A DNA stretch of 64,000 nt from Bacteroidales bacterium. GTDB taxonomy: Bacteria; Bacteroidota; Bacteroidia; Bacteroidales; ML635J-15. The notes below the pieces were generated by a model that was not told the DNA's origin, ran no database searches, and saw only the letters and a list, made by a program, of their open reading frames with translations. Made by a program: the position numbers and the translations under genes. Location of the stretch: the NCBI GenBank assembly GCA_017651185.1, contig JAGCDJ010000022.1, positions 26,688-90,687 on the forward strand. The letters run 5' to 3'. Shown here in pieces: positions 21,001-28,128 of the stretch (position 1 is its first letter; every line of letters begins with the position of its first letter).

Positions 21001-21295
21001 ACTTTTCACGAGCAACTACCGAGAAGCCCGCTCCTCAATGAACATCGGAAATTCGCTCCGCTCGGCATACAGGTTGTCAACACACACGATTTTTACATCG
21101 GGAATGATAATGACTCTCGCACCTCTCGCCATGTCGCTGATGCTTGACGACCCGACAACGATAATGATACTGCAATGCATTGCCGCTGGCGCTTTTGCCG
21201 CCGTACTACTAATAGTATTCGTCTTACCAGGACTGCTAGCTGCATTCGACAGGTTTATCGTTAAGAAAACGAAGGATATCGAGGCCACAGAATAG
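18074..21295 (+). CDS. MMPL/RND-superfamily transporter with a very large second extracytoplasmic loop
   Basis: ORF 18053..21295, with ATG at 18074 (MKKIDFAGLL...) preferred. There are two bundles of hydrophobic helices (about aa 160-370 and 890-1070) with MMPL-like motifs (SIDYSIILMNRY, GATIDYGILF). They are separated by a ~500-aa acidic soluble region. Confidence 0.78.
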   Translation: MKKIDFAGLLVKKRLIFMLSAFAIAIFCILLIPRTNINSNMAHYLPDDSQMKHGIELMTEEAGDDGLGSGMIRVMFLSLPDSLRSSTKDKLSKIEGISSVIYIGGSEEYNHGDTVLYEILGNGKYSQHDLAKEIRATFNESAIVETSEAETTAPTSVMLIALVLLVSVLLIMCESWLEPPIFLVAIGVGVAINMGTNALLESVSATTNSIASILQLVLSIDYSIILMNRYRQEKSNGGDKTDAMSRALKRAASPILSSAFTTIVGLLALVFMKLKIGADMGIVLAKGVLCSLVAIFTVLPWIVLALDNPIEKAKKRVLNFHTERLAGFSMKFRIPLAIGFATIFTGAYLLHKHTDISFMAKQKSVISEVFPQKNITVLMYENSDSLQIISISDTLSKNPHIKSFISYPSLMQKKHSAREIKAMVENMASLATENNSGFDLNSIDPNLIINAIYYIGAGKLAEEKIGIHDFAILLSKLTADSTLTANIDTSTDTTENFAEKLGILVSLTDTSITNNKLSPEEISELLGIDTELITLICPRGSKMTMREVISTSREFINSSIVVANEVSHPHETTSAQTVQSDSNEKITEENTVDSQSEEHVAHIDDNDKIYTDTIAIRQQYSSAEIAQIIGMKEKSASLIYTLYGRNKGTKVKTMSLYEFICFINHDLSKRKIFASQVDEESRKWLTHKEELMFNALNAKTEETIEEEKTIETNEYQVETYTEDDEPIDAIGFSMPVIDTETLAMLDKAERIMDIADEDSTFSAKEMHNLFASLDNEVKIDDIELAYLYYGCQNFDDDNIKMSAEDIIGVVNDSIVDNPKFATIVNDEMKNEMAKLDATIDENLGRLRGGRFSQTIIFSDYPTESDETDDFVTSLSEICNNNLRGEHYLIGESVMMHEMRNQFDYEMLLVTLITVLSIFLIVAITFRSLAVPAILVMTVMSAVYINVYLSGLNGELLYLAYLIMQSILMGATIDYGILFTSNYREARSSMNIGNSLRSAYRLSTHTIFTSGMIMTLAPLAMSLMLDDPTTIMILQCIAAGAFAAVLLIVFVLPGLLAAFDRFIVKKTKDIEATE

Positions 21296-22033
21296 CTACT
21301 GCTTCACAAAAGTATAAGTAATCTTCCCGCCTTCGGTCTTGTTGCCAGAAATCTTTGAGAACGAAGATTTTAGTGCTGCAGTGCGTGCTGCATTAGTCAG
21401 GCATTCCACATCGGAAGTCAGATTTGACGAAACGACCTCCGCCGACGAAACCTTTCCGCTTGATGCCACCGAAATCCTGACAACAACCACTCCACTACCC
21501 TCACAAGTAAACACGGGCACATGCAAATATGAGGTTTCGCGCTGCTTATTATCAAGTTCGGCATACACCAATGCCGGACCCGACTTCACCATATTGCGCG
21601 GTTTATTGTCGGATTGGTACTGCTCCATGCGCAACTGGTCGATATAATCCTCGTAGGTTCTGTTCTGTGCATCATCATAGTTATCACCGTACTTCTCGCG
21701 CAAAAACTGCTCCTCGTACCTTGCCTTCATATCTGCTTCCGACATCGACTGTCCCGATGATGACTGATAAGGGCGGGTACCCGAATAGTTTGAACCTGCA
21801 ATTCCTAGATTCTGCAAATACTGGTTAATCTGCTCGTCGGTCATCATGTCGTCCTCGGCATCCGACTGCTGCGACTTGTCATCCATCTCAAAATCCTGAG
21901 GGTCAATTATGATATAACTTTCAGGTTCCTTTTGTATTACACCAATCTTGCATGCAAGACACACGCATATAACAATCAAGTGAAAAAGGATTGTTCCAAG
22001 TATTCCGTTAATATTTCTGCGAAAGAAGGACAA
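21296..22033 (-). CDS. TonB-C-terminal-domain-like protein
   Basis: 245 aa. It has an N-terminal TM anchor, a Q/D/E-rich linker, and a C-terminal ~80 aa (GSGVVVVRISVASSGKVSSAEVVSS...NAARTAALKSSFS) resembling the TonB_C fold. Confidence 0.5.
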   Translation of the reverse strand: MSFFRRNINGILGTILFHLIVICVCLACKIGVIQKEPESYIIIDPQDFEMDDKSQQSDAEDDMMTDEQINQYLQNLGIAGSNYSGTRPYQSSSGQSMSEADMKARYEEQFLREKYGDNYDDAQNRTYEDYIDQLRMEQYQSDNKPRNMVKSGPALVYAELDNKQRETSYLHVPVFTCEGSGVVVVRISVASSGKVSSAEVVSSNLTSDVECLTNAARTAALKSSFSKISGNKTEGGKITYTFVKQ

Positions 22034-22085
22034 TGCTAAAAGTTTTGCACAAAAGTAAATAAAAATAGTCTACAGAAAAGTAATG

Positions 22086-23207
22086 CTACTCCTTGTCATT
22101 AATTTTGGGCAATGGTAGGAAATCGCTAATTTTTAGTATCAAACTCGGCGTTGGGTCACCTTCGGCAGGAACCAGCATAAGTCCCAGCTCGAATTCTTCG
22201 TCTTCGGTATAATTGGCGACATAAATCAAAGAACCATCGTCAAGCCAATGCATAGCCGGACCATCGTCAACCGAAATATCTGTACCCTCCAAAATCATCT
22301 GGAATTTTCCATCGAGACTAGCAATGCAATATGGTCCATGTGGGAAATCGCCCCAACCAGTAACAGCACCAAAGACAACCCTGTCGCCCTTGGGAGAAAT
22401 TCCGCTAAAATTGAATTCTTCAGGAGTCGACTCAAACTTCAACTTGTCGGTAAGGCAAACTCCGCCGTCTCCCTCCGATCCGTAATAGTAGTTATACGAC
22501 GAGCCTTCACTTTCTTCATCGTCATCATCAGCACCAGCCTCGTAAAAACTGGAGTAAGTAATTTCTTCATCATCTTCGTCTTCCACATCGTTTGATGAGC
22601 TTTCAAAATAACGATACAGTTTTTCTGTATTCTGGGAAGTCACAAACTTGTGCAATTCATTGTCGTAGACCTTTATCTTCGTGAACCAGTAGCCGTCCCA
22701 GCTGAAATCGTAGTTCACACCGAAATATCTGCCGTCGTCACTCACCCTCAGCGCCGAATATGTACCGTATGTCTCGGTTATGCAATCATTACAGGACAAG
22801 TCCCAGTTGACAATGTGTTTGGGCGTTGGCTCTTCCGAATCGAAATCGATATATTTCAACACCATCATACTATCCTTGCATACCGTATAATACAAGCCAA
22901 GGGTACCTGGCACAAAACTGTAATTTACGATTTCATCCGTTTCTCCTTCATACACTATCGAATCCATGCGTTCAATACTGAAAAAACAGAACTTATTTCC
23001 TCTAAAATACATGAAATCACAATTGGCAATCTTCAGCGAGGTATCTTCCACTATGCTGTCCTCGACAATGCTGTCGGCAACAACCTTATCATCCTTTTGC
23101 GCTTCTGCCTTGTCCTTCGACTTGCACGAAAACAAAACAACAGACATCATCAATACTACACCGAACAAAAAACCGCTTGCCAGATATTTTTCAAAATTCT
23201 TTATCAT
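22086..23207 (-). CDS. hypothetical lipoprotein
   Basis: 373 aa. The signal peptide ends in LFSCKSK (lipobox). An internal acidic stretch DVEDEDDEE...DDDDEESE is present. No family recognised. Confidence 0.6.
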   Translation of the reverse strand: MIKNFEKYLASGFLFGVVLMMSVVLFSCKSKDKAEAQKDDKVVADSIVEDSIVEDTSLKIANCDFMYFRGNKFCFFSIERMDSIVYEGETDEIVNYSFVPGTLGLYYTVCKDSMMVLKYIDFDSEEPTPKHIVNWDLSCNDCITETYGTYSALRVSDDGRYFGVNYDFSWDGYWFTKIKVYDNELHKFVTSQNTEKLYRYFESSSNDVEDEDDEEITYSSFYEAGADDDDEESEGSSYNYYYGSEGDGGVCLTDKLKFESTPEEFNFSGISPKGDRVVFGAVTGWGDFPHGPYCIASLDGKFQMILEGTDISVDDGPAMHWLDDGSLIYVANYTEDEEFELGLMLVPAEGDPTPSLILKISDFLPLPKINDKE

Positions 23208-23247
23208 ACCTATTTATAATTAATCAAACAATGTTTAAATATTTTTG

Positions 23248-23255
23248 CAAAAATA
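23248..23255 (-). promoter_or_regulatory. Bacteroidota -7 promoter motif (TATTTTTG) for the 22086..23207 gene
   Basis: It lies inside the palindrome TATTTTTGCAAAAATA (23240-23255), so the motif also reads on the + strand at 23240-23247. The minus-strand copy is ~40 nt upstream of the ATG at 23207. Confidence 0.4.
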
Positions 23256-23332
23256 AACATTTTCGGGGAAACAAAACACAAGAAACCCAGAAAGCGCCGT
23301 AAAGACGTGCCATGCGCGTCTCAACAGAAACG

Positions 23333-23405
23333 CAAAAACACAGAGACAGATGCTGCCCTTCGACAGGCTCAGGGAGCAGTTCAGCATGACATTCTGTGTT
23401 TTTTG
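23333..23405. terminator. long imperfect hairpin with U-tracts on both strands (bidirectional terminator-like)
   Basis: AACACAGA/TCTGTGTT (23337-44 / 23393-400), ATGCTG/CAGCAT (23350-55 / 23382-87) and CCCT/AGGG (23356-59 / 23371-74), flanked by AAAAA and TTTTTT. Confidence 0.45.
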
Positions 23406-23575
23406 AACCCTTAGCTCAGCGAAGCTAATCATCAAACATCTTAAAACAACTAGAACGGCGTAGCCCTCAACGAAGTTAACCTTTAGCTCGGCGTAAGCCA
23501 AACTTAGAAACGGCTTTAGCCATTGAAACGCCGAAGGCATAGAAACAGGCGTACTTCGACAAGCTCAGCACTAGC
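23356..23575. repeat. cluster of degenerate ~20-bp motifs (CTTCGACARGCTCAGSR and CCYTTAGCTCRGCGWAAGCYA types)
   Basis: CCCTTCGACAGGCTCAGGGAGC (23356-) resembles ACTTCGACAAGCTCAGCACTAGC (23553-). CCCTTAGCTCAGCGAAGCTAA (23408-) resembles CCTTTAGCTCGGCGTAAGCCAA (23480-). Confidence 0.5.
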
Positions 23576-23579
23576 ACCC

Positions 23580-24548
23580 CTAAAATCCCAACTTTATCTT
23601 GTCCTTTATCTTCTTCACCACCTCGTATGTCTTGAGAATGGTATCTACGTTGACTTCAGGCGACTTATTGTAAAGGATTGATTTTGCAAACGATGTAAAC
23701 TCATCGTAATATACATTGTTGGGTCTTACCATAATCTGCTCTACGCTCAAATCACCAACCGACTGGCTGAAAAACGATGGATCATCAACATCGCCACGCT
23801 TTTTCACAAGTGAGGCCTTGTTTGCAAGCATATCGATATTGGTATAGCTGTCGCGGCAGTAGAATGTCATTTTGTGCGAATCTTCCTCGGCAATACGGCT
23901 GGCAACGAAATGCGCCACGCAACCGTTGTAGAACTCAATGCGAGCGTTAATTATATCGGGTGCAACTGACGGCATCTGCGTTATGGCAGAAGCACTTGCG
24001 TAAATGTTCTTCACATTCGACTTCACTACGCTAAGCACAATGTCGACATCGTTGATGAGCATGTCCATCAGCACCGAGCAGTATTCGCTGTTGGAATTGA
24101 AGCGCCTGTGGTTTACCGACTGTATGAATCGCGGCGAAACAATGAACGGCTTTGCCGAAAGGAAAGTGTTGTTGAAACGATGGTGGAATCCCGCCTGAAC
24201 CTTTACGTTGGCTTCATCCACTATGCTCGACAGCTTGGTAACATCGGTACTGCAATATGACGATGCAGGTTCGAAAAACACATGCTTCGACGACTTTACC
24301 AATGTTTTTATCTCTTCTAGGCTTGTTGCTGGGGAAACGGCGATTACTGCATCGACATTATTTAGGAAAGCACCTTCCTCATCGAACTCGCGCAGATGCA
24401 ACTTGGTGTCGCTATGCTCTGGCTTTGCAGAGTACATACCAACGACATCAAGTTCGGCCACATCGAGAATGTTCTCCACCATTCCCACAGTGCTCGAATC
24501 AATGCTTCCGTAAACGCCAGTCCTTATCATTCTTAAAATTTGATGCAC
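23580..24548 (-). CDS. Gfo/Idh/MocA family oxidoreductase
   Basis: 322 aa. An N-terminal Rossmann-like region (MIRTGVYGS..., alternative start 24530), then VFFEPA...VQAGFHHRFNNTF...FIQSVNHRRF, resembling the family core. Confidence 0.72.
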   Translation of the reverse strand: MHQILRMIRTGVYGSIDSSTVGMVENILDVAELDVVGMYSAKPEHSDTKLHLREFDEEGAFLNNVDAVIAVSPATSLEEIKTLVKSSKHVFFEPASSYCSTDVTKLSSIVDEANVKVQAGFHHRFNNTFLSAKPFIVSPRFIQSVNHRRFNSNSEYCSVLMDMLINDVDIVLSVVKSNVKNIYASASAITQMPSVAPDIINARIEFYNGCVAHFVASRIAEEDSHKMTFYCRDSYTNIDMLANKASLVKKRGDVDDPSFFSQSVGDLSVEQIMVRPNNVYYDEFTSFAKSILYNKSPEVNVDTILKTYEVVKKIKDKIKLGF

Positions 24549-24681
24549 AAAAATATCTTGGCTTTCGTTCTCATTTTCAACCTTTCGACATCTTTTTTCA
24601 ACTGCATGATGTTAAAGCGAAAAAAACAGACAAAAAAAGAAATTTTACTATCTTTGCCGAATAACAATAAGAGGTTTTATT

Positions 24682-25008
24682 ATGAAAATAAAGTGCATTC
24701 TAATGATTATTGCGTTCGCATTTGCTCTCGTTTCGTGCGAAAACGAAAACAGCACCCAGATTCCAAGACCAATAAAAAAGTTAATCAAAGAACAACGCAA
24801 AGGTTGTCTTGAATCTGTACTGAAATATAATTACCAAGGACAAACAGTGTATTATTTCGATTCATCATGTCCCGATTTTTATGAAACAATCTACGATGAA
24901 AATGGAAACATCGTATGCCAGATGGGTGGAATTTCGGGAAATGGCGACAATAAATGCCCCTGCTTCTTTGACGATGCAACATTAGTGGAAGAAATTTGGA
25001 GAAGGTAA
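24682..25008 (+). CDS. small Cys-rich lipoprotein (DUF6970-like?)
   Basis: 108 aa. MKIKCILMIIAFAFALVSCENE (lipobox) and 6 further Cys (CLESV...SSCPDF...IVCQMGGISGNGDNKCPCF). Confidence 0.65.
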   Translation: MKIKCILMIIAFAFALVSCENENSTQIPRPIKKLIKEQRKGCLESVLKYNYQGQTVYYFDSSCPDFYETIYDENGNIVCQMGGISGNGDNKCPCFFDDATLVEEIWRR

Positions 25009-25031
25009 AAAACATTAAAACTCATAAAACT

Positions 25032-25604
25032 ATGAAAAGACACATTGCATTTATACTAGCATCATTAATTATTTCAGCATTTGTATTCCAGTCATGTCAG
25101 ATTCATTGCTCTGCTTTCCCAGAATGGCTCTGCAAATATGCGCCATACGAAGAAGGCAACATCGTTACTTTCAAGAACGAAAATGATTCTGTAATAAAAT
25201 TAAAAGTTGAAAACAAGGATAAAACTGAAAAATATAGTTTTCGACAAAATTGCAAATGTACATGCGGTTGCCATTTATTTGTTGATTTGAAAAGTGAAGG
25301 AAAAGAAGATTTCCGAATGTCAATCGACTGTGAATTGGTGGTTGGAAGAGAATCTCTCGAAAATACTGAAAAAGTAGCAATGTTTTTTCAAATTGGCATG
25401 GGGAATGGAAATATGTGGGACGTAGCACAAAAATCTTTTGACAGCATAAATCCGAACGATCCTGGCAACGAGCAACTTGGAGATACTATTTCATTGCAAA
25501 ACAAAACTGACAACAAATTTTCTAGTATGACTGTTGTAAAGGGCAAAGGTCTTGCCGAGTTTTACGACAAGGAGAACAACTGCACTTGGAGACTGGTGGA
25601 ATAG
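25032..25604 (+). CDS. hypothetical lipoprotein; its C-terminus is repeat copy 1
   Basis: ORF 24996..25604. The internal ATG at 25032 gives MKRHIAFILASLIISAFVFQSCQ (lipobox). It ends ...GLAEFYDKENNCTWRLVE. Confidence 0.62.
   Translation: MKRHIAFILASLIISAFVFQSCQIHCSAFPEWLCKYAPYEEGNIVTFKNENDSVIKLKVENKDKTEKYSFRQNCKCTCGCHLFVDLKSEGKEDFRMSIDCELVVGRESLENTEKVAMFFQIGMGNGNMWDVAQKSFDSINPNDPGNEQLGDTISLQNKTDNKFSSMTVVKGKGLAEFYDKENNCTWRLVE
25560..25604 (+). repeat. direct repeat copy 1 (in-frame gene 3' end, FYDKENNCTWRLVE*)
   Basis: TTTTACGACAAGGAGAACAACTGCACTTGGAGACTGGTGGAATAG. Confidence 0.9.
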
Positions 25605-25698
25605 CACATCGAAAAAAATATAAAGTTTTTTTTGTTTCGTGATTTGTAATATAAAATTTGTAGTATATTTGTCGCATAAAAAAAAAACAATTATTATC

Positions 25699-26130
25699 AT
25701 GAAACGAATAGCATTAATATTTACAATTTTGATTTTAGTTTTTATAAATGTATCATGCAATAAGAACAAATGCGAAATTGCGGCAGTTAGATTGTGTTAT
25801 CCAGAAATAAAGGATAATGAAAATCTAAAAATTCATATAATTCGAACAGAGATGAACGATCTGGCATCGATTATTGATACCGTAAACCTTGAAGTAAATC
25901 ATAATTATTTCCCACTAGAACTCACTGGTTATGAACAACACGATGGTTATATCGGACATTTTGACAACTACATTGTATATATTGAAAATACCGAATATAG
26001 AGATACTGTTACAGACATTAAAATAGAGTGGGAAGAGCCATGCAAAGTTGCTAGTTGCCAATATAGATTTAATGGTGAACTTCACAATGGTAATGGAGGA
26101 CAGATAAACATTTATCCAAGGGTAAAATAA
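25699..26130 (+). CDS. hypothetical lipoprotein
   Basis: ORF 25639..26130 (GTG). The internal ATG at 25699 gives MKRIALIFTILILVFINVSCNKNK (lipobox). No family recognised. Confidence 0.6.
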   Translation: MKRIALIFTILILVFINVSCNKNKCEIAAVRLCYPEIKDNENLKIHIIRTEMNDLASIIDTVNLEVNHNYFPLELTGYEQHDGYIGHFDNYIVYIENTEYRDTVTDIKIEWEEPCKVASCQYRFNGELHNGNGGQINIYPRVK

Positions 26131-26190
26131 TGACAGTCTATCAGCAACTGGGTGTTTCAAAATAATCGTTGTATCACCTCGCGCAAAAAG

Positions 26191-26235
26191 TTCTACGACA
26201 TGGAGAACAACTGCACTTGGAGAATGGTGGAATAA
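26191..26235 (+). repeat. direct repeat copy 2 (intergenic relic; would read FYDMENNCTWRMVE*)
   Basis: TTCTACGACATGGAGAACAACTGCACTTGGAGAATGGTGGAATAA. About 40/45 identical to copy 1. It lies 61 nt after the stop of the preceding gene, and the upstream in-frame stretch is closed by TGA at ~26131 with no start codon. Confidence 0.85.
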
Positions 26236-26296
26236 TACACAATAATTTGTACATAACTCCGTTATCCTATTATCATTAATCAAATTTCACAATATT

Positions 26297-26887
26297 ATGA
26301 AGAAAATAATCTTATTAATATCAATTCTTGCAGTAATAATTTGTTTTACCCGTTGTGTAAATTCCGATCCTTGTAAAGGTTGTGATGAAATGCCAGAAGA
26401 AACAGATGGTACAGGGCTTATTGTAGGTCTTGGGGAAAAAACATATCACGATTCAAGTTACATGATTAACAATATACCGATATGGTATGGCTTAGTGGAT
26501 GTAGTAACATCAGAAACACATAATGCCAGCAAAATAAGACACGTAAACGGAGATTCAATAGATTTTTCCAAATACTCGGTGTTATGTATGGGTGCACAAT
26601 GTGGTGGCTGTAATATAAGGTACTTGAGAGATGTTTCCGTTGACAAGGAAGCAAAAAAATACATATATACGGTTACAATGCTTGAGTGCGGAAACTACGC
26701 AGATCTTTTAAATCCATCAGACAATATTGTCATCATTCCCAAGATTGAAGATGGTTATACCGTTGAAATTCAACTAAAGGTAGCCTATTGGATTCGCCAT
26801 AAAATTAAAAATGAACGTTTGAATTGGACATACATATTCAAGGAAGATACTGACGGAAGTTGGCTTGGAAGCGAAACAAAGCATTAA
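26297..26887 (+). CDS. hypothetical Cys-rich lipoprotein
   Basis: 196 aa. MKKIILLISILAVIICFTRCVNSDPCKGC (signal with Cys). No family recognised. Confidence 0.6.
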   Translation: MKKIILLISILAVIICFTRCVNSDPCKGCDEMPEETDGTGLIVGLGEKTYHDSSYMINNIPIWYGLVDVVTSETHNASKIRHVNGDSIDFSKYSVLCMGAQCGGCNIRYLRDVSVDKEAKKYIYTVTMLECGNYADLLNPSDNIVIIPKIEDGYTVEIQLKVAYWIRHKIKNERLNWTYIFKEDTDGSWLGSETKH

Positions 26888-26896
26888 TAACGAATA

Positions 26897-26940
26897 GTTT
26901 TAACAAGGAGAACAACTGCACTTGGAGACTGGTGGAATAG
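26897..26940 (+). repeat. direct repeat copy 3 (intergenic relic, out of frame with the preceding gene)
   Basis: GTTTTAACAAGGAGAACAACTGCACTTGGAGACTGGTGGAATAG. The last 36 nt are identical to copy 1, with a 2-nt deletion near the 5' end. It starts 10 nt after the stop at 26887. Confidence 0.88.
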
Positions 26941-26999
26941 TCATTATCCCCATCGCACAAAAAAATCAAAAAAATATTTGCCACTTCGACAAAAAGCAG

Positions 27000-27007
27000 T
27001 ACTTTTG
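27000..27007 (+). promoter_or_regulatory. Bacteroidota -7 promoter motif (TACTTTTG) for tRNA-Arg
   Basis: TAnnTTTG match 16 nt upstream of the tRNA 5' end. Confidence 0.5.
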
Positions 27008-27022
27008 CAGTCCGAAAATGAT

Positions 27023-27096
27023 GGTCCAGTAGCTCAGCTGGATAGAGCAACGGCCTTCTAAGCCGTAGGCCACAGGTTCGAATCCTGTCTGGATCA
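27023..27096 (+). tRNA. tRNA-Arg (anticodon UCU)
   Basis: Manual cloverleaf: acceptor GGTCCAG/CTGGATC, D-arm GCTC..GAGC, anticodon arm ACGGC-CTTCTAA-GCCGT, T-arm ACAGG-TTCGAAT-CCTGT, discriminator A. Confidence 0.92.
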
Positions 27097-27100
27097 CAAA

Positions 27101-27124
27101 AGCACTGGGGACAGTGCTTTTTTT
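27101..27124 (+). terminator. rho-independent terminator after tRNA-Arg
   Basis: AGCACTG/CAGTGCT stem with a GGGA loop, followed by TTTTTTT. Confidence 0.75.
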
Positions 27125-27149
27125 GTTAAACAATAGACAAAAGGTGAAT

Positions 27150-28121
27150 ATGCTGCCTAGTTTTCAGGAAATATCGCGCGGAATCGGAATCGACCTCGAC
27201 AGCTACGAAAAACTGCTTGCCGACACAATCGGTTCAGACAGCAGCAGCTTCAAATACCTGATTGACAAAACTTTCGCAGCAAAAGGCAAACGCATACGCC
27301 CGATGCTCGTTTATCTGTCGGCAAAGATTTTCGGCACGGCAAACATACACACCGACAGGGCAGCACTGATAGTCGAAATCCTTCACAACGCCACGCTTAT
27401 CCACGACGACATTGTTGACGAAGCCGAACTGCGCCGCAATCAGCCTACTCTCAACGCCACACAAGGCAACAAAGTGGCAGTTCTCACTGGCGACTACCTC
27501 ATGGCAAAGGCTATCGGCATGGCTGCATCAAACGGCGAACACGCAATCATTGACATGCTTATGCCAACCGTCTGCACAATGAGCGAAGGCGAACTCTTGC
27601 AACTCGACACCACCGATTTCTGCACCGACGAAAAACGCTACTTCGACATCATTTTCAGGAAAACCGTTTCGCTCATAGCTTCGTGCATGAAAATAGGTGC
27701 ATACACCGCAGGTGCAAACGAACAGCAAATTTCAGCAATCGGCAAAATCGGAGAAAAAATAGGCTACATCTTCCAGATAAAGGATGATATGCTCGACTAT
27801 TCCGCCAACGGCAAAACCGGCAAGGAAAGCGGCAACGACATCAAGGAAAACAAGGTTACAATGCCGCTAATATGCGCGTGGAACAACATGTCGCAAAGCG
27901 AACAAGCCGATTTTCAGCAACTTTGGAATAGCCCTCGCACAGCCGAAAACATTGAGCAGATTCGCAAGGCAGTCATCGCAAAAGGCGGAATGGAAGGCAG
28001 TCACAAACGTACAATCGAAATCAAGGAAGAAGTTTTCGCCCTTATCGGTACTCTGCCTCAAAGCAAATACTGCACTTATTTAAAGCAAATTACGGAATAC
28101 ATTATCGAACGCGAAAATTAA
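27150..28121 (+). CDS. polyprenyl diphosphate synthase (long-chain, octaprenyl-type)
   Basis: ORF 27114..28121 (GTG inside the terminator), with ATG at 27150 preferred. The first and second Asp-rich motifs are LIHDDIVDE and FQIKDDMLD. Confidence 0.88.
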   Translation: MLPSFQEISRGIGIDLDSYEKLLADTIGSDSSSFKYLIDKTFAAKGKRIRPMLVYLSAKIFGTANIHTDRAALIVEILHNATLIHDDIVDEAELRRNQPTLNATQGNKVAVLTGDYLMAKAIGMAASNGEHAIIDMLMPTVCTMSEGELLQLDTTDFCTDEKRYFDIIFRKTVSLIASCMKIGAYTAGANEQQISAIGKIGEKIGYIFQIKDDMLDYSANGKTGKESGNDIKENKVTMPLICAWNNMSQSEQADFQQLWNSPRTAENIEQIRKAVIAKGGMEGSHKRTIEIKEEVFALIGTLPQSKYCTYLKQITEYIIEREN

Positions 28122-28128
28122 TAACACC

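Noticed and set aside
23240-23405. Annotating a plus-strand small RNA gene outright
   Set aside because: The plus-strand -7 box is the mirror half of a palindrome that already serves the minus-strand gene well. The hairpin can equally terminate the minus-strand upstream gene. I kept it only as a hypothesis inside a finding.
23235-23540. 101-aa minus-strand ORF in the intergenic region after the Gfo/Idh/MocA gene
   Set aside because: It is composed of the degenerate GCTCAG-type repeat motifs and the hairpin. It has no signal, domain or sensible start context, so I treated it as a non-coding repeat region.
25560-26940. CRISPR-like reading of the three direct repeats; the same question applies to the 33-bp repeats at 34043-34129
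   Set aside because: The first set has only three copies with 630-700-bp gene-containing intervals. The second set has 12-bp spacers. Neither shows palindromic CRISPR-type repeat structure or cas genes, so neither is a CRISPR array.
24682-27096. Reading the lipoprotein array as a tRNA-targeted integrative island
   Set aside because: The array lies on the 5' side of tRNA-Arg, whereas integrases normally leave islands on the 3' side. No integrase is present and no duplicated tRNA 3' end is visible. The cassette-repeat observation is kept as a finding without the island claim.
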